A DNA stretch of 64,000 bases from an uncultured delta proteobacterium (GTDB lineage: Bacteria; Myxococcota; Myxococcia; SLRQ01): the NCBI GenBank assembly GCA_963727485.1, contig CAVSGM010000011.1, positions 608,001-672,000 of the forward strand. The letters run 5' to 3'. Each line of letters starts with the position of its first letter. Position 1 is the stretch's first letter. A program made the position numbers and the translations under genes. The notes under the pieces are model-generated. The model was not told the DNA's origin, did no database searches, and saw nothing but the letters and a program-made list of their open reading frames with translations. Below, piece after piece: positions 41,741 to 51,485 of the stretch.

Positions 41741-42874
41741 GCGACGACCGCCCGGTGGTGCAGGTCGAGACCGCCCGGGCCCTGGAGGATCTGCTCGAGG
41801 TCCTCGCGCGGTCGCCCCGGGTGGGCGTGGACACCGAGGCCAACGCCTTCCACGCCTACCGGGAGCGGGTCTGCCTCATCCAGAATCTCCACCGAGGCCA
41901 CCGACTACGTGGTCGATCCCCTGGCGGTGGACGTGGCGCCGCTCGGCGACCTCTTCGCCGACCCCAATCGGGAGACCATCTTCCACGCCGCCGAGTACGA
42001 CGTGAGCTCGATGAAGCGGGACTTCGGCTTCCACTTCGAGGCCATCTTCGACACCCAGGCGGCGGCGATGGTCCTCGGCTCGGGGCAGGTGGGCCTCGCC
42101 GGGCTGGTGGAGCAGTACTTCGGCATCCGGCTCCCCAAGGGCGAGACCCGCTCCAACTGGGCGCAGCGGCCCCTGACCCCGGCCCAGCTCGACTACGCCG
42201 CCACCGACACCCGCTTCCTCCTCCAGCTCCGGGCGCACCTCGCCGCCGAGCTCGAGGCCGCCGGCCGGGTCGACGAGGCGAGGGCCCAGTTCGCCCGGGT
42301 CGCGGCCACCAATCCCCACACCCGGCCCTTCGACCCCGAGGGGTTCTTCAAGATCAAGGGCTTCCGGGACCTCGACGCCACCGGCCGGGCCACCCTCCGG
42401 GCCCTCTACCTCGCCCGGGAGGCCCGGGCGGCGGAGATCGACCGGCCCCCGTTCAAGGTCATGGGCAACGACGTCCTGGTGCGCCTCGCCGACCTCCGGC
42501 CCGCGGCCCCGAAGGATCTCGACCAGGTCCGCGGGGTCCCGGCGCCGGTGAAGGCCCGGTGGTCCGGGCCCCTCCTCGAGGCCATCCGCGCCGGGGCCGC
42601 CGACCCCGAGCCGCCCCCGAAGCGCCGGCCGAGGCGCCCGGAGGACGCCCCCGACCCGGAGGCCCTCGCCCGGTTCGAGCAGCTGCGGACCTGGCGCAAG
42701 GAGAAGGCCGCGGCCCGGGGGGTAGAGGCCCAGATCATCGTCACCAGCGGGGTCCTCCGGGCCATCGCCGACGCCCGGCCCCGGACCCTCGAGGCCCTCC
42801 GGGCGGTCCCCGGGGTCGACGACTGGGCCGCGGACGTCTACGGCGCCGAGATTCTCCAGGCCCTCGAGGGGTAG
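41737..42874 (+). CDS. rnd: Ribonuclease D (DEDDy exonuclease plus two HRDC domains; +1 frameshift at 41883-41887)
   Basis: VDTEAN, CLIQ(I)S, HAAEYD, FDTQ, SNWAQRPL, YAATD; TTG start overlapping the psuG stop. Confidence 0.9.
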
Positions 42875-43080
42875 GGGCGCGCCCGGCCTCGGTGAGGCAA
42901 CGCGCCCCATGAACGGGGGGGCCCTTCCGACCGGTCGTGGCGCCGGGGGTCCGGCGGACCTGGCGGCGCTCGTGATCCCAAGCGCCTGAAACCTGTTGGG
43001 TTTCTGGCGCACCCCCCGGGCGACATCCCCAGATCGGCGCCGGCGTTGACTGCCGAATCGTAACGCGACGTGTCATCGAC

Positions 43081-43109
43081 TTGACACGCACATGCCCGGT
43101 CCCTAGACT
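43081..43109 (+). promoter_or_regulatory. Near-consensus sigma70 promoter
   Basis: TTGACA-17 nt-TAGACT upstream of the 43184 ORF. Confidence 0.72.
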
Positions 43110-43183
43110 CCGCGCGCCACTGGGGGCCCGTTCCTTGGGCCGCGGATTCCGATCGGCGGCGACAGCAGGAGGAGTGCAGGACG

Positions 43184-43420
43184 ATGAATCAGCCCAAGCC
43201 CAACCCGACGCCACTTCCCAACGTCATCAACGCGGAGTCGCGGACCGGTTCGGAAGCCATCCGCAACCTCTTCTGCCCCGACTACGAGAACTGCCTGAAC
43301 ATGGCGGTGAAGCGGGGCTGGCCGTCCTTCTCCTGCCAGGAGTGCGCCCTCTTCGCCGGCGGCGCCGACACCTGGGACCAGCAGATGGAAGGCTACGCCA
43401 CCCAGCGCCGCTTCGCCTGA
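43184..43420 (+). CDS. Small four-Cys protein (R-N-L-x-C-x2-Y-x2-C...W-x-S-F-x-C-x2-C)
   Basis: Own promoter, AGGAGG upstream, coding-like codon usage; resembles small myxobacterial conserved proteins (from memory). Confidence 0.8.
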   Translation: MNQPKPNPTPLPNVINAESRTGSEAIRNLFCPDYENCLNMAVKRGWPSFSCQECALFAGGADTWDQQMEGYATQRRFA

Positions 43421-43433
43421 GGCGGCGTGCGCC

Positions 43434-43467
43434 GCGGCGCCGTGGCCCCCCGGGCCGACGGCGCCGC
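43434..43467. terminator. GC hairpin between convergent genes
   Basis: gcggcgccgt-ggccc / gggcc-g-acggcgccgc inverted repeat; no U tract. Confidence 0.4.
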
Positions 43468-43480
43468 CCCGGGCCCCCGG

Positions 43481-44317
43481 TCAGCCGTCGCTGTCGGGGG
43501 CTTCGTCGTCCTCGTCCTCGAGGATCCCCGGGTCCTTCATGGGCCGGGCCCGGTCGTCGATCCCCTCGTCCTCGTCGTCCTCGCCCTCGGGCCGCGGCCC
43601 GGCGAAGCCGACCACGCAGGTGACGTTGTCGAGGCCCCCGGCCATGTTGGCGAGCTGCACCAGGGCCTCCCCGGCCTCGGTGGGATCCGAGGCCTGGTGG
43701 AGGACCACGCCGAAGGCCTCCGGGGGCACCATGTCGGTGAGCCCGTCGGAGCACAGGAGGAGCCGGTCCCCGGTCTTCACGTCCTCCCGCTGCTGCTCCA
43801 GGTAGAGGCCCTCGGGCATCCCCAGATGGGCGGCGAGGTAGCGGATGCCCCCCTCGACCACCACGTGGTCCCCGGTGAGCTGCTCCAGCATCCGGCCCCG
43901 GAGGCGGTAGGCCCGCGAGTCGCCGGTGTGGGCCACGAAGAGCCCGTCGGTGTGGACCAGCACCGCCACCAGGGTGCACCCCAGGCCGAACTTCTCGGGG
44001 TCCTCCTCGCCCACGGCGGCGATGGCCTCGTGGGCCTCGGTGGCCAGGCGGACCACCAGCTCGCAGAGGGCGCCAAAGGGCGCGTCCCCGGCGGCGTCGA
44101 GGACCTCGGCGGCGGCCCCGGCGTAGCCGCCCAGGTGGTCGACCGCGATCTGCGAGGCCTCCTCGCCGGCGGGGTGGCCGCCCATGCCGTCGGCGACGAC
44201 CAGGAGGACCCCGGCCTCGGGACGGGCGGGGCGGGCGATGACCATCCGGTCCTCGTTTCCGGGCCGGACCTGGCCCACGTCGCTCTTGCCGGCGGCGACG
44301 ATATCTTCCGGGTTCAC
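43481..44317 (-). CDS. PP2C-family Ser/Thr protein phosphatase
   Basis: SDVGQVRPGNED, VADGMGGH, GCTLVA, HTGDSRAY, LCSDGL, GGLDNVT; GTGA overlap. Confidence 0.93.
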   Translation of the reverse strand: MNPEDIVAAGKSDVGQVRPGNEDRMVIARPARPEAGVLLVVADGMGGHPAGEEASQIAVDHLGGYAGAAAEVLDAAGDAPFGALCELVVRLATEAHEAIAAVGEEDPEKFGLGCTLVAVLVHTDGLFVAHTGDSRAYRLRGRMLEQLTGDHVVVEGGIRYLAAHLGMPEGLYLEQQREDVKTGDRLLLCSDGLTDMVPPEAFGVVLHQASDPTEAGEALVQLANMAGGLDNVTCVVGFAGPRPEGEDDEDEGIDDRARPMKDPGILEDEDDEAPDSDG

Positions 44318-45163
44318 GCGTAGGCTCCAAGCACCCCCCGGACCGACGCCCCGTAGGCGCCGCCGAAGAGGTTCAGGTGGTTGAGGAGGTGGTAGAGGTT
44401 GAAGAGGTCGACCCGCGACCCGGCGCCCTCGGGGAGGGGCCAGGCGGCCTCGTAGGCGTCGTAGAAGGCGGGGGGGAGGCTGCCGAAGAGGCGGGTCATG
44501 GCCAGGTCCGCCTCCCGGAAGCCGTAGTGCGCCGCCGGGTCGACCAGGCAGCCGGTGCCGTCGGCCCGGGCGAAGACGTTGCCCACCCACAGGTCGCCGT
44601 GGAGGAGCGACGCCGGCTCGCCCTCGGGGAGGAGCCCCGGGAGCCGGTCCATCAGCGCCTCCACCTGCCCCAGGGTGCCCCGGTCGAGGCGCCCCCGGTC
44701 GAAGGCGAGGCGGGCCTGGAAGCCCAGGCGGTGCTCGGCGAAGAAGACCACGCCGTCGTCGGTCCAGGGGTTCGGCTGGGGAGTGGCGCCGAGGTAGTTG
44801 TCGGCGTCGAAGCCGTGGCGGTCCGAGGTGCGCCGGTGGAGGGCGGCGAGGTCGGTCCCCAGGCGGGCGGCGCCGGCGTCGTCGAGGCGCCCGGGCTCGA
44901 ATCCACGCCAGCACCAGGACCTCGGCGCCCACGTGGAGGACCTCGGGGACCGGGGGGCCGCCCCCGGCGAGGGCGGTGAGGCCCCGGGCCTCCTCGGGGA
45001 ACATGTCCGGCGGGGCGCCCCGGGCGGTCTTGGCGAAGACGGTCCGGCCGTCCTCGAGCTCCACCCGGAAGGCCTCGGCGATGGAGCCGCCGGCGAGGCG
45101 CCGGGTGCCCCGGACCCGGGCGCCGAGACCCGCCTCAACGGCGCTTCGTGGCGTTCGGTCCAC
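44314..45163 (-). CDS. Fructosamine/ribulosamine kinase family protein (+1 frameshift at 44899-44903)
   Basis: LAGGSI, VFAK, EARGL, LAALH, NYLG, LLHGDLWVGN, VDPA, READLAM, HLNLFG. Confidence 0.9.
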
Positions 45164-45656
45164 CCGGGACCTCCCGGTAGCTGCCGTCGAGGAGCCGGTC
45201 GAGGAGCACCTCGCAGGTCCGGTCGACGATCTCGAAGACGGTCTCGAAGCCCCGCTGCCCGCCGTAGTAGGGGTCGGGGACGTCGTCCCAGGGGTGGCCC
45301 TCGGGGTCGAAGGCCCGGAAGGGCACCAGGCGCGAGAGGGCCGAAGGCGGCGCCCGGTCCACCAGGTCCCCGTGGCGGTCCGCGTCCATGGCGAGGAGCA
45401 GGTCGAAGGTGTGGAAGTCGGCGTCGCCGACCTGCTCGGCCTCGCCGCCCATGTCCACCCCGTGGTCGGCGGCGGTCAGGCGCATCCGGGCGTCCGGGGG
45501 CTCGCCGACGTGCCAGGCGCCGATGCCCCGGGAGGCGATGACCAGCCGGTCCAGGACGCCGCGGGCGCGGGCCTTGTCGCGGAGGACGGCCTCGGCCAGG
45601 GGGGAACGGCAGATGTTCCCCAGGCAGACGAAGCAGACGCTTACCGGCTCGGACAT
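45135..45656 (-). CDS. Low-molecular-weight protein-tyrosine phosphatase
   Basis: P-loop VCLGNICRSPLAE, DLLLAMD, DVPDPYYG. Confidence 0.95.
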   Translation of the reverse strand: MSEPVSVCFVCLGNICRSPLAEAVLRDKARARGVLDRLVIASRGIGAWHVGEPPDARMRLTAADHGVDMGGEAEQVGDADFHTFDLLLAMDADRHGDLVDRAPPSALSRLVPFRAFDPEGHPWDDVPDPYYGGQRGFETVFEIVDRTCEVLLDRLLDGSYREVPGGPNATKRR

Positions 45657-45717
45657 GGGGCCCGTGTATCAGGCACCGGCTCCCCGCGCCATGCCGCGCG
45701 CGAGGGAGGGTGGGGGA

Positions 45718-46588
45718 CTACGCGGCCCGGAGGCCGAGGATCCGCCGGGTCTCCTCGGGGCTGGCGATCTCTCGCCCGGCGTCCCGGGCCACCTGCGCCA
45801 GCGCCGCCACCAGCGCGCCGTTGGACGACGCCTTCTCCCCGTCCGGGAGGTAGAAGGTGTCCTCGAGGCCGGTGCGCAGAATCGCCCCCGAGCTCGGCGG
45901 TCTTGCGGTGGAGGTCCCAGACCTCCTGGCGGCCGATGCCGATGACCTGCCAGTGGGTCCCCGGGACCATCTCGGCGATGAGCAGGGGCAGCCACTTCGC
46001 CTTGGCGGGCATCCCGCTGGCGACGCCCATGACCAGGGAGACGTGGGGCGGGCTCGGGACCAGGCCCCGGCGGACGTAGAGGCCCACGCTGCGGAGGATG
46101 CCGGTGTCGAAGCACTCGCACTCGGGGACCACGCCGTGCTCCTTCATGGCGGTGGCGAACTGCTCCACCTTGTCCACCGGGTTGTCGAAGAGCATCGGGG
46201 GCCAGGCCCACGCGTCGTTCGCACGGAGCTTGAGGTAGTTGAGCGACCCGGCGTTGAGCGCCGCCATCTCCGGGTGGACCCGCTCGAGGCAGGCCAGGGG
46301 ACCGGAGATGTCCGGGCCCACGACGCCGGTGCTCATGTTGATCACCAGGTCGGGGCACTCGGCGCGGATGGCGTCGATCACGGCCCCGGCGACGTCCGGA
46401 TCCCAGGAGGGCAGGCGGCCCAGGCCCGGCGCCTGGCTGCGGAAGTGGCAGTGGACGATGGACGCCCCGGCGTCCCGGGCGCGACGGGCCTCGGCGGCCA
46501 TCTCCTCGGGGGTCACGGGGACGTGGTGGCGCTCGGGGTCGGTGAGGACACCGGTGAGGGCGCAGGTGAGGATCGCCTTGTCGGACAT
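45718..46588 (-). CDS. Beta-keto acid cleavage enzyme family (BKACE/Kce, DUF849; +1 frameshift at 45879-45883)
   Basis: TCALTG, PVTPEE, VHCHFR, NMSTG, GSLN, PECECFD; corrected C-terminus RTGLEDTFYLPDG...ASPEETRRIL. Confidence 0.92.
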
Positions 46589-46723
46589 GGGGGCCTCCTT
46601 CGGGCGGGCGCCATGCTCCTCATCGTTGATTGACAAGTCAAGCGGTACGGGACCGGGCGCACCCCGGGCGCCGGCGGGCGGCGGCCGCGCCCGGGGCCGT
46701 GGGGCGGGCCCGGCGCGGGCCCG

Positions 46724-47707
46724 TCAGGTCAGCGAGAGGACCCGGCGCTCGAGGCCGTGGCCCCGGTGGACGCCGGCGACGTGGGCCCCGGCGTCGATGA
46801 GCACCTTGAGCACCGCGGTGATGACGTCGGGGGCCCGCCCCTCGGCGCCCTTGAACCGGACGACCATCTCCCGGCGCCCGGGGTCCACCGAGGCGGCGGT
46901 CACCGCCTCGAGGCCCGAGACCGCCCGGCTGAAGGCCTCGTAGCGCTCGGGGGGATCGGCGAGCTCCACCACGAACTCGGTGTCGGCGGCGGTGAGCTCG
47001 TCCATGGGCCCGGCGGCGATGACCCGGCCCCGGTCGAGGATCGCCGCGTGGTCGCAGACCGCCTCGAGCTCGTAGAGGTTGTGGGAGCTGACGACGACCG
47101 TGGTGCGGTCCTCCTTCATCTCCAGGATGAGCTCGCGGACGCTGTGGGCGCTCTTGGGGTCGAGGCCGGCGGTGGGCTCGTCGAGGAGGACCACCTCCGG
47201 GTGGCCGATGAAGGCCTGGGCGAGGCCGACGCGCTTGGCCATCCCGTGGGAGAGGCCCTGGGCCCGGACCTTGCCCCACTTGGAGAGGCCCACCAGGGCC
47301 AGGACCCGGGCCGCCTCGTCCTTGGCCGCCTTGCCGCTGAAGCCCTGGAGGCGGGCGAGGTAGGCGAGGCTGGAGAGGACCGGCGTCGTCGGGGGCAGCG
47401 TGGCGTCCTGGGGGAGGGCGGCGAGGCGCCCCTTGAGGACCGAGACCCGCCGGGGGGAGGTCCCGAGGACCTCGACCACCCCGGCGCTCGGGCGGACCCA
47501 GCCGCAGACGAGGCCGAAGGTGGTGGTCTTCCCGGCGCCGTTGGGGCCGATGAGGCCGAAGACGGCGCCCCGGGGGACGGTGAGGTCGACGCCGTCGACG
47601 GCGTGGACCGATCCGAAGTGCTTCACCAGGCCCACGGTGCGGATGGCCGGGGCGCCTTCGGGGGTCTCGCCCGGGGGCGGCGGGGCGGTGGTCTCGGCCT
47701 CGCTCAC
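46724..47707 (-). CDS. ABC transporter ATP-binding protein
   Basis: GPNGAGKTT, LSHGMAKR, LLDEPTAGLD, SSHNL. Confidence 0.95.
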   Translation of the reverse strand: MSEAETTAPPPPGETPEGAPAIRTVGLVKHFGSVHAVDGVDLTVPRGAVFGLIGPNGAGKTTTFGLVCGWVRPSAGVVEVLGTSPRRVSVLKGRLAALPQDATLPPTTPVLSSLAYLARLQGFSGKAAKDEAARVLALVGLSKWGKVRAQGLSHGMAKRVGLAQAFIGHPEVVLLDEPTAGLDPKSAHSVRELILEMKEDRTTVVVSSHNLYELEAVCDHAAILDRGRVIAAGPMDELTAADTEFVVELADPPERYEAFSRAVSGLEAVTAASVDPGRREMVVRFKGAEGRAPDVITAVLKVLIDAGAHVAGVHRGHGLERRVLSLT

Positions 47708-48585
47708 AGGTCCTTCCTCCGGAGGGTCACGTACGACAGGAGCGTGAACAGCACCGCGAAGCCCAGGTAGGCCCCGGCGCCGATGAGCTGCCGCCCCAAC
47801 GTGTGGCTGGTGAGGAACTCGTTGTAGGTGAAGGGGATGGCCCAGCGGACCCAGTGGATGGCGTCGACGTGGCCAGCGACCCAGCCGAGGATCCACGCCA
47901 CGAACATCGCCAGCAGCCCGATGATCAGCGCCAGGTAGGGCGAGCGGAAAATCGACGAGAACCAGCTCATCAGGGCCACGAAGCACAGGCCGAGCGGCAG
48001 GGTCAGAAGCCAGAAACGCAGGAGCGGGGGGAACGACTCGGCGAGGCTGAAGTCCGGGACCCGCAAGGTGGCGAAGATCAGGAGCGCCACGTTGGTGAGC
48101 ACCGTGATCCCCAGGAAGAGGGCCATGTTGCTCATCAGCTTGCCGGCGACCACCGAGCCCCGGCGCGACCGGAGGAGCACGAAGCGCAGGCCCCGGCTCT
48201 GGATCTCGCCGTCGATCTGGTCGTAGCTCATCAGGGCGATGAGCAGGGGCAGGAAGGTCCGGCTCACCCAGAAGAAGAAGAAGACGATGACCGGGATGGA
48301 GATGAGGTAGGCCGCCTGCTTCTCGTCGCCGACGAAGCGGGTGACCAGGTCGAGGTAGGCCTTGTGCTTGGCCTGGGCGATCTGGTCGGCGCTCAGCTGG
48401 CTGGCCATCTGCCCCATCTGGCTCTCGACCATCTTGGCGATCTTGGCCTGGACGGTGACCACCACCGCGCCGCTGGCAAGCGACGCCAGGGCGTAGAGCG
48501 CCAGGAGCACGATCCCCTTCACCGAGCGCAGGGCGCCCTTGAGGTCCTGTCCGGCGATGACGAAGGTCTCACGCAGTGCTTCCAC
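47704..48585 (-). CDS. ABC-2 type permease
   Basis: About six TM segments; DGEIQSRGLRFVLLRSRRGSVVAGK; coupled to the ATPase. Confidence 0.88.
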   Translation of the reverse strand: MEALRETFVIAGQDLKGALRSVKGIVLLALYALASLASGAVVVTVQAKIAKMVESQMGQMASQLSADQIAQAKHKAYLDLVTRFVGDEKQAAYLISIPVIVFFFFWVSRTFLPLLIALMSYDQIDGEIQSRGLRFVLLRSRRGSVVAGKLMSNMALFLGITVLTNVALLIFATLRVPDFSLAESFPPLLRFWLLTLPLGLCFVALMSWFSSIFRSPYLALIIGLLAMFVAWILGWVAGHVDAIHWVRWAIPFTYNEFLTSHTLGRQLIGAGAYLGFAVLFTLLSYVTLRRKDL

Positions 48586-48701
48586 TCGGCCTCCAGCGGG
48601 GGTTTCCCCGGTGCGGCGGCTACCGTGTCCGACCGCCGGCCCGGGGTCAAGGGTCCGGTGACCGCCTACGCCCGCGCCGCCCGCGGCATTTCAGGGCCGC
48701 G

Positions 48702-50201
48702 TCAGCGCCCGAGGCCGAAGATGTCGCGGATGCGGCGCATCAGCCCCGCGGTCCCGTTCCCGTTGCCGTTGGAACCGGCGTGGGTCGGCTGGCCGGCGGC
48801 CTTCCGCGCCGCCTGGCGCTTCTCGAGGATGGCGGCGAGCTCGGTGGCCACCTGCTCGTTGGCCAGGAGCACCTCCCGGAAGGCACCGCGGCCAATCTCC
48901 AGGAGGACGGTGTCCCCCTCGGCGGCCATGGTGGCCGACCGCGGGGTGCCCGTGAGCAGGGCCCCCTCGCCGAAGATCTCCCCGGGGCCGATCCGGGCGA
49001 CCACCTGGCCGTCGTCGCCGAGCATCCGGGCGCCCCCGGAGAGGACCAGGTAGCAGCGGTCGCCTTCGTCCCCGGCGGCAAAGACCCGCTCCCCGTCGCC
49101 GAAGACCACCTCCCGGCTGCGCTCGGCGAGGACCTTCTGGCCCTCTTCCCCCAGGGGTGCCAGGAGCTCGGAGCCGGCGAGGTAGCGCTCGATGTCCGCC
49201 CGCCGGCGCTCGCTCTCCCGCTTGCGGTCCTCGGCCCCCTCGGTGTGGAGCTTCACCGTGCGGATGGGGAAGGGGATCTCCAGGCCCTCCCGGCGCAGGC
49301 GGTACCAGAGGGTGGCGTTGACCCGGTCGAGGGTGGTGTAGCGCTGCTCGAAGGTGTCGACCCAGAAGCGCACCATGTAGCTCACCGACGAGTCGGCGAA
49401 GCCGGTGAGGCGCACCTGCGGCTCGGGGTCGGCGCGCACCGCCGGGTCGTCCCGGAGGACCCCGAGGACGACCTCCTTCACCCGGTTGGGCGGGGCGTCG
49501 TAGGACAGGCCCAGGTCCAGGCGCACCCCGGTGATGGTGCTCGGCCGGCTGTGGTCGGTGATCGCCTCCCGGGCGATGACGTTGTTGGGCACCGAGATGA
49601 GGTCGTGGGCGAAGTCGTCGATCTGGGTGGTGCGCCAGCCCACCTGCATGATGCGCCCGGCGAAGGTGCCGAAGGTGACCCAGTCGCCCACCTCGAAGGG
49701 CTTCTCCGCCTGGAGCGAGAGGCCGGCGAAGAGGTTGCCCAGGGTGTCCTGGAGGGCGAGGCCGAGGACCAGGGAGAGCACCGCCGAGGTGGCCAGCAGG
49801 CTCGCCAGGTCGATCTCCAGGACCGAGCGGAGGATGGCGACCAGCACCAGGACGTAGACCACCCCGAAGACCACCTGCCGGACGATCTTGGGGCTGTGGC
49901 GGCCGGTGCTCCGGCCCACCAGGAGGTCGAACACCAGGCTCGCCCCCAGGCGCAGGACGCCCCAGGCGAAGACCAGCAGCCCCGCCACCTTCACGTAGTC
50001 GGCGAGGTGGGGGCTCGAGGACTCGACCACCGCGCGCAGCAGGCGCAGCCCCAGGAACACCGCCATCGCCACGATGCTCGACACCAGGCCCCGGCGGACC
50101 TCGCGGTTGCGGACCGGGATCAGGGCCAGGGCGGCGACCACCGCGATGGCCACCGCGACCAGGGCGGTGCTGTAGGCCTCGATGAGGGGCGCCAGGTTCA
50201 C
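48702..50201 (-). CDS. MscS-family mechanosensitive channel with C-terminal cNMP-binding domain
   Basis: GLALQDTLGNLFAG, PFEVGDWV, GWRTT, IPFP; cNMP FGEGALLTGTPRSAT. Confidence 0.92.
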   Translation of the reverse strand: MNLAPLIEAYSTALVAVAIAVVAALALIPVRNREVRRGLVSSIVAMAVFLGLRLLRAVVESSSPHLADYVKVAGLLVFAWGVLRLGASLVFDLLVGRSTGRHSPKIVRQVVFGVVYVLVLVAILRSVLEIDLASLLATSAVLSLVLGLALQDTLGNLFAGLSLQAEKPFEVGDWVTFGTFAGRIMQVGWRTTQIDDFAHDLISVPNNVIAREAITDHSRPSTITGVRLDLGLSYDAPPNRVKEVVLGVLRDDPAVRADPEPQVRLTGFADSSVSYMVRFWVDTFEQRYTTLDRVNATLWYRLRREGLEIPFPIRTVKLHTEGAEDRKRESERRRADIERYLAGSELLAPLGEEGQKVLAERSREVVFGDGERVFAAGDEGDRCYLVLSGGARMLGDDGQVVARIGPGEIFGEGALLTGTPRSATMAAEGDTVLLEIGRGAFREVLLANEQVATELAAILEKRQAARKAAGQPTHAGSNGNGNGTAGLMRRIRDIFGLGR

Positions 50202-50210
50202 GGCGGGGAC

Positions 50211-51341
50211 CTAGAGGAAGGAGTAGCCGAGGCCCACGGTGAGGTGGGTGGAGACGCCGCCGCCGTAGAGCTCGAGGTCGAGGTCGGTGAGGATGGCGAA
50301 GTCCTCCCGGCCGAAGACGTGGAGGGGCCAGTCGGCGCCGAGGACCGCCCGGAAGCCCAGGGGGTTGAAGCGGATCCCAGGGCCCACGTAGAGCTGCACG
50401 TAGGGGAGGTGCCAGAGGTGGATCCGCAGGTCGATGCGGGTGGCGCCGTGGGCGAGGGTGCCGCCAAAGAGGTTGCCCTCGACCCCGACCGAGGCGGCGA
50501 TGTCGAACCAGGTCACCCGGAGGAGGCCGAAGAGGTCGAAGCTGCCCCCGGGGCCGAAGCCCGAGCCGCCGGCGACGTTCCAGAAGGCGGTGCCCCCCCG
50601 GGCGTCGAGGCCCAGGGTGAGCCGGGGCCGGCGGTGGCGCAGCTGCGGGGGCAGGGCGCTCTCCGGGGGCGGTTGGCCCTCGGCGGTGGGGGGCGTGGTG
50701 GCCGCCGGGGGCGCGGTGCCGGCCTGCCCGGTGACGGCCGGATCGCCGGCGACGAGCTGGTCGACGAGGCCGGGGATCACGTCGAGGACCGGCTCCAGGG
50801 TGGTGGCGTTCTTCACCCGGCGGCTCACCCGGATCACCGCCTCGGCCTTCTCCGTGTCGAGGAGGTTGATGCTCACCAGGACCGAGCTGCCGATCCGGGC
50901 GAGGGTGCCGTCGAGGAGGCGGCGGGCCCCGAGGGATCCGGCGATCTGGGCGAGGCAGGCGCTGTCGTCGTTGCAGCCGAGGAGCTGCTTCTGGGCCTGG
51001 AAGCCGAGGAGGGCCTTCACGTCGTCCGGAGAGAGGACCTGGTAGACGCCGCGGCCCTGGAGAGCGTCGAGGAGGTAGGCGGAGACCGCCTGGGCCTTGC
51101 CCTTGTCCACCCCGGCGAGAGGGCGCAGGCCCAGGTAGGCGAGCTTCACCCGGTGGGGCGTCGGCGGGGGCTTCGCGGGCGCGGTGGCGGTCTTGGGGGG
51201 CGCGGTGGCGGTCTTGGCGGGCGCCGCGTCCGCCTGGGTGGGCGGCGCCTCCGCCGCGGCCGGCAGGGCCAGCGCCAGGCACGCGCAGGTGAGCGTGACC
51301 CCGACGCCCCGACCTCGCCACCACCACCGTGCTTGATCCAT
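50211..51341 (-). CDS. Secreted protein with CsgG/TolB_N-like domain and C-terminal beta-strand (barrel-like) region
   Basis: Signal peptide, Pro/Ala/Thr linker, LLGCNDDSACLAQIAGSLGA, ends VGLGYSFL. Confidence 0.7.
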   Translation of the reverse strand: MDQARWWWRGRGVGVTLTCACLALALPAAAEAPPTQADAAPAKTATAPPKTATAPAKPPPTPHRVKLAYLGLRPLAGVDKGKAQAVSAYLLDALQGRGVYQVLSPDDVKALLGFQAQKQLLGCNDDSACLAQIAGSLGARRLLDGTLARIGSSVLVSINLLDTEKAEAVIRVSRRVKNATTLEPVLDVIPGLVDQLVAGDPAVTGQAGTAPPAATTPPTAEGQPPPESALPPQLRHRRPRLTLGLDARGGTAFWNVAGGSGFGPGGSFDLFGLLRVTWFDIAASVGVEGNLFGGTLAHGATRIDLRIHLWHLPYVQLYVGPGIRFNPLGFRAVLGADWPLHVFGREDFAILTDLDLELYGGGVSTHLTVGLGYSFL

Positions 51342-51485
51342 GGCAGAGGCGTACCACGCGGCCGCGGGTGCCGTCAGCACGGCGCGTGGGACCGGGGGTC
51401 CGGGGTGCGGACCGGTGACCGGGGCGCGGACCGCTGGCGACGCCGGCGCGGCGCCCTGGGGCAGGCAGACCGGCCTCGCGGCTCC

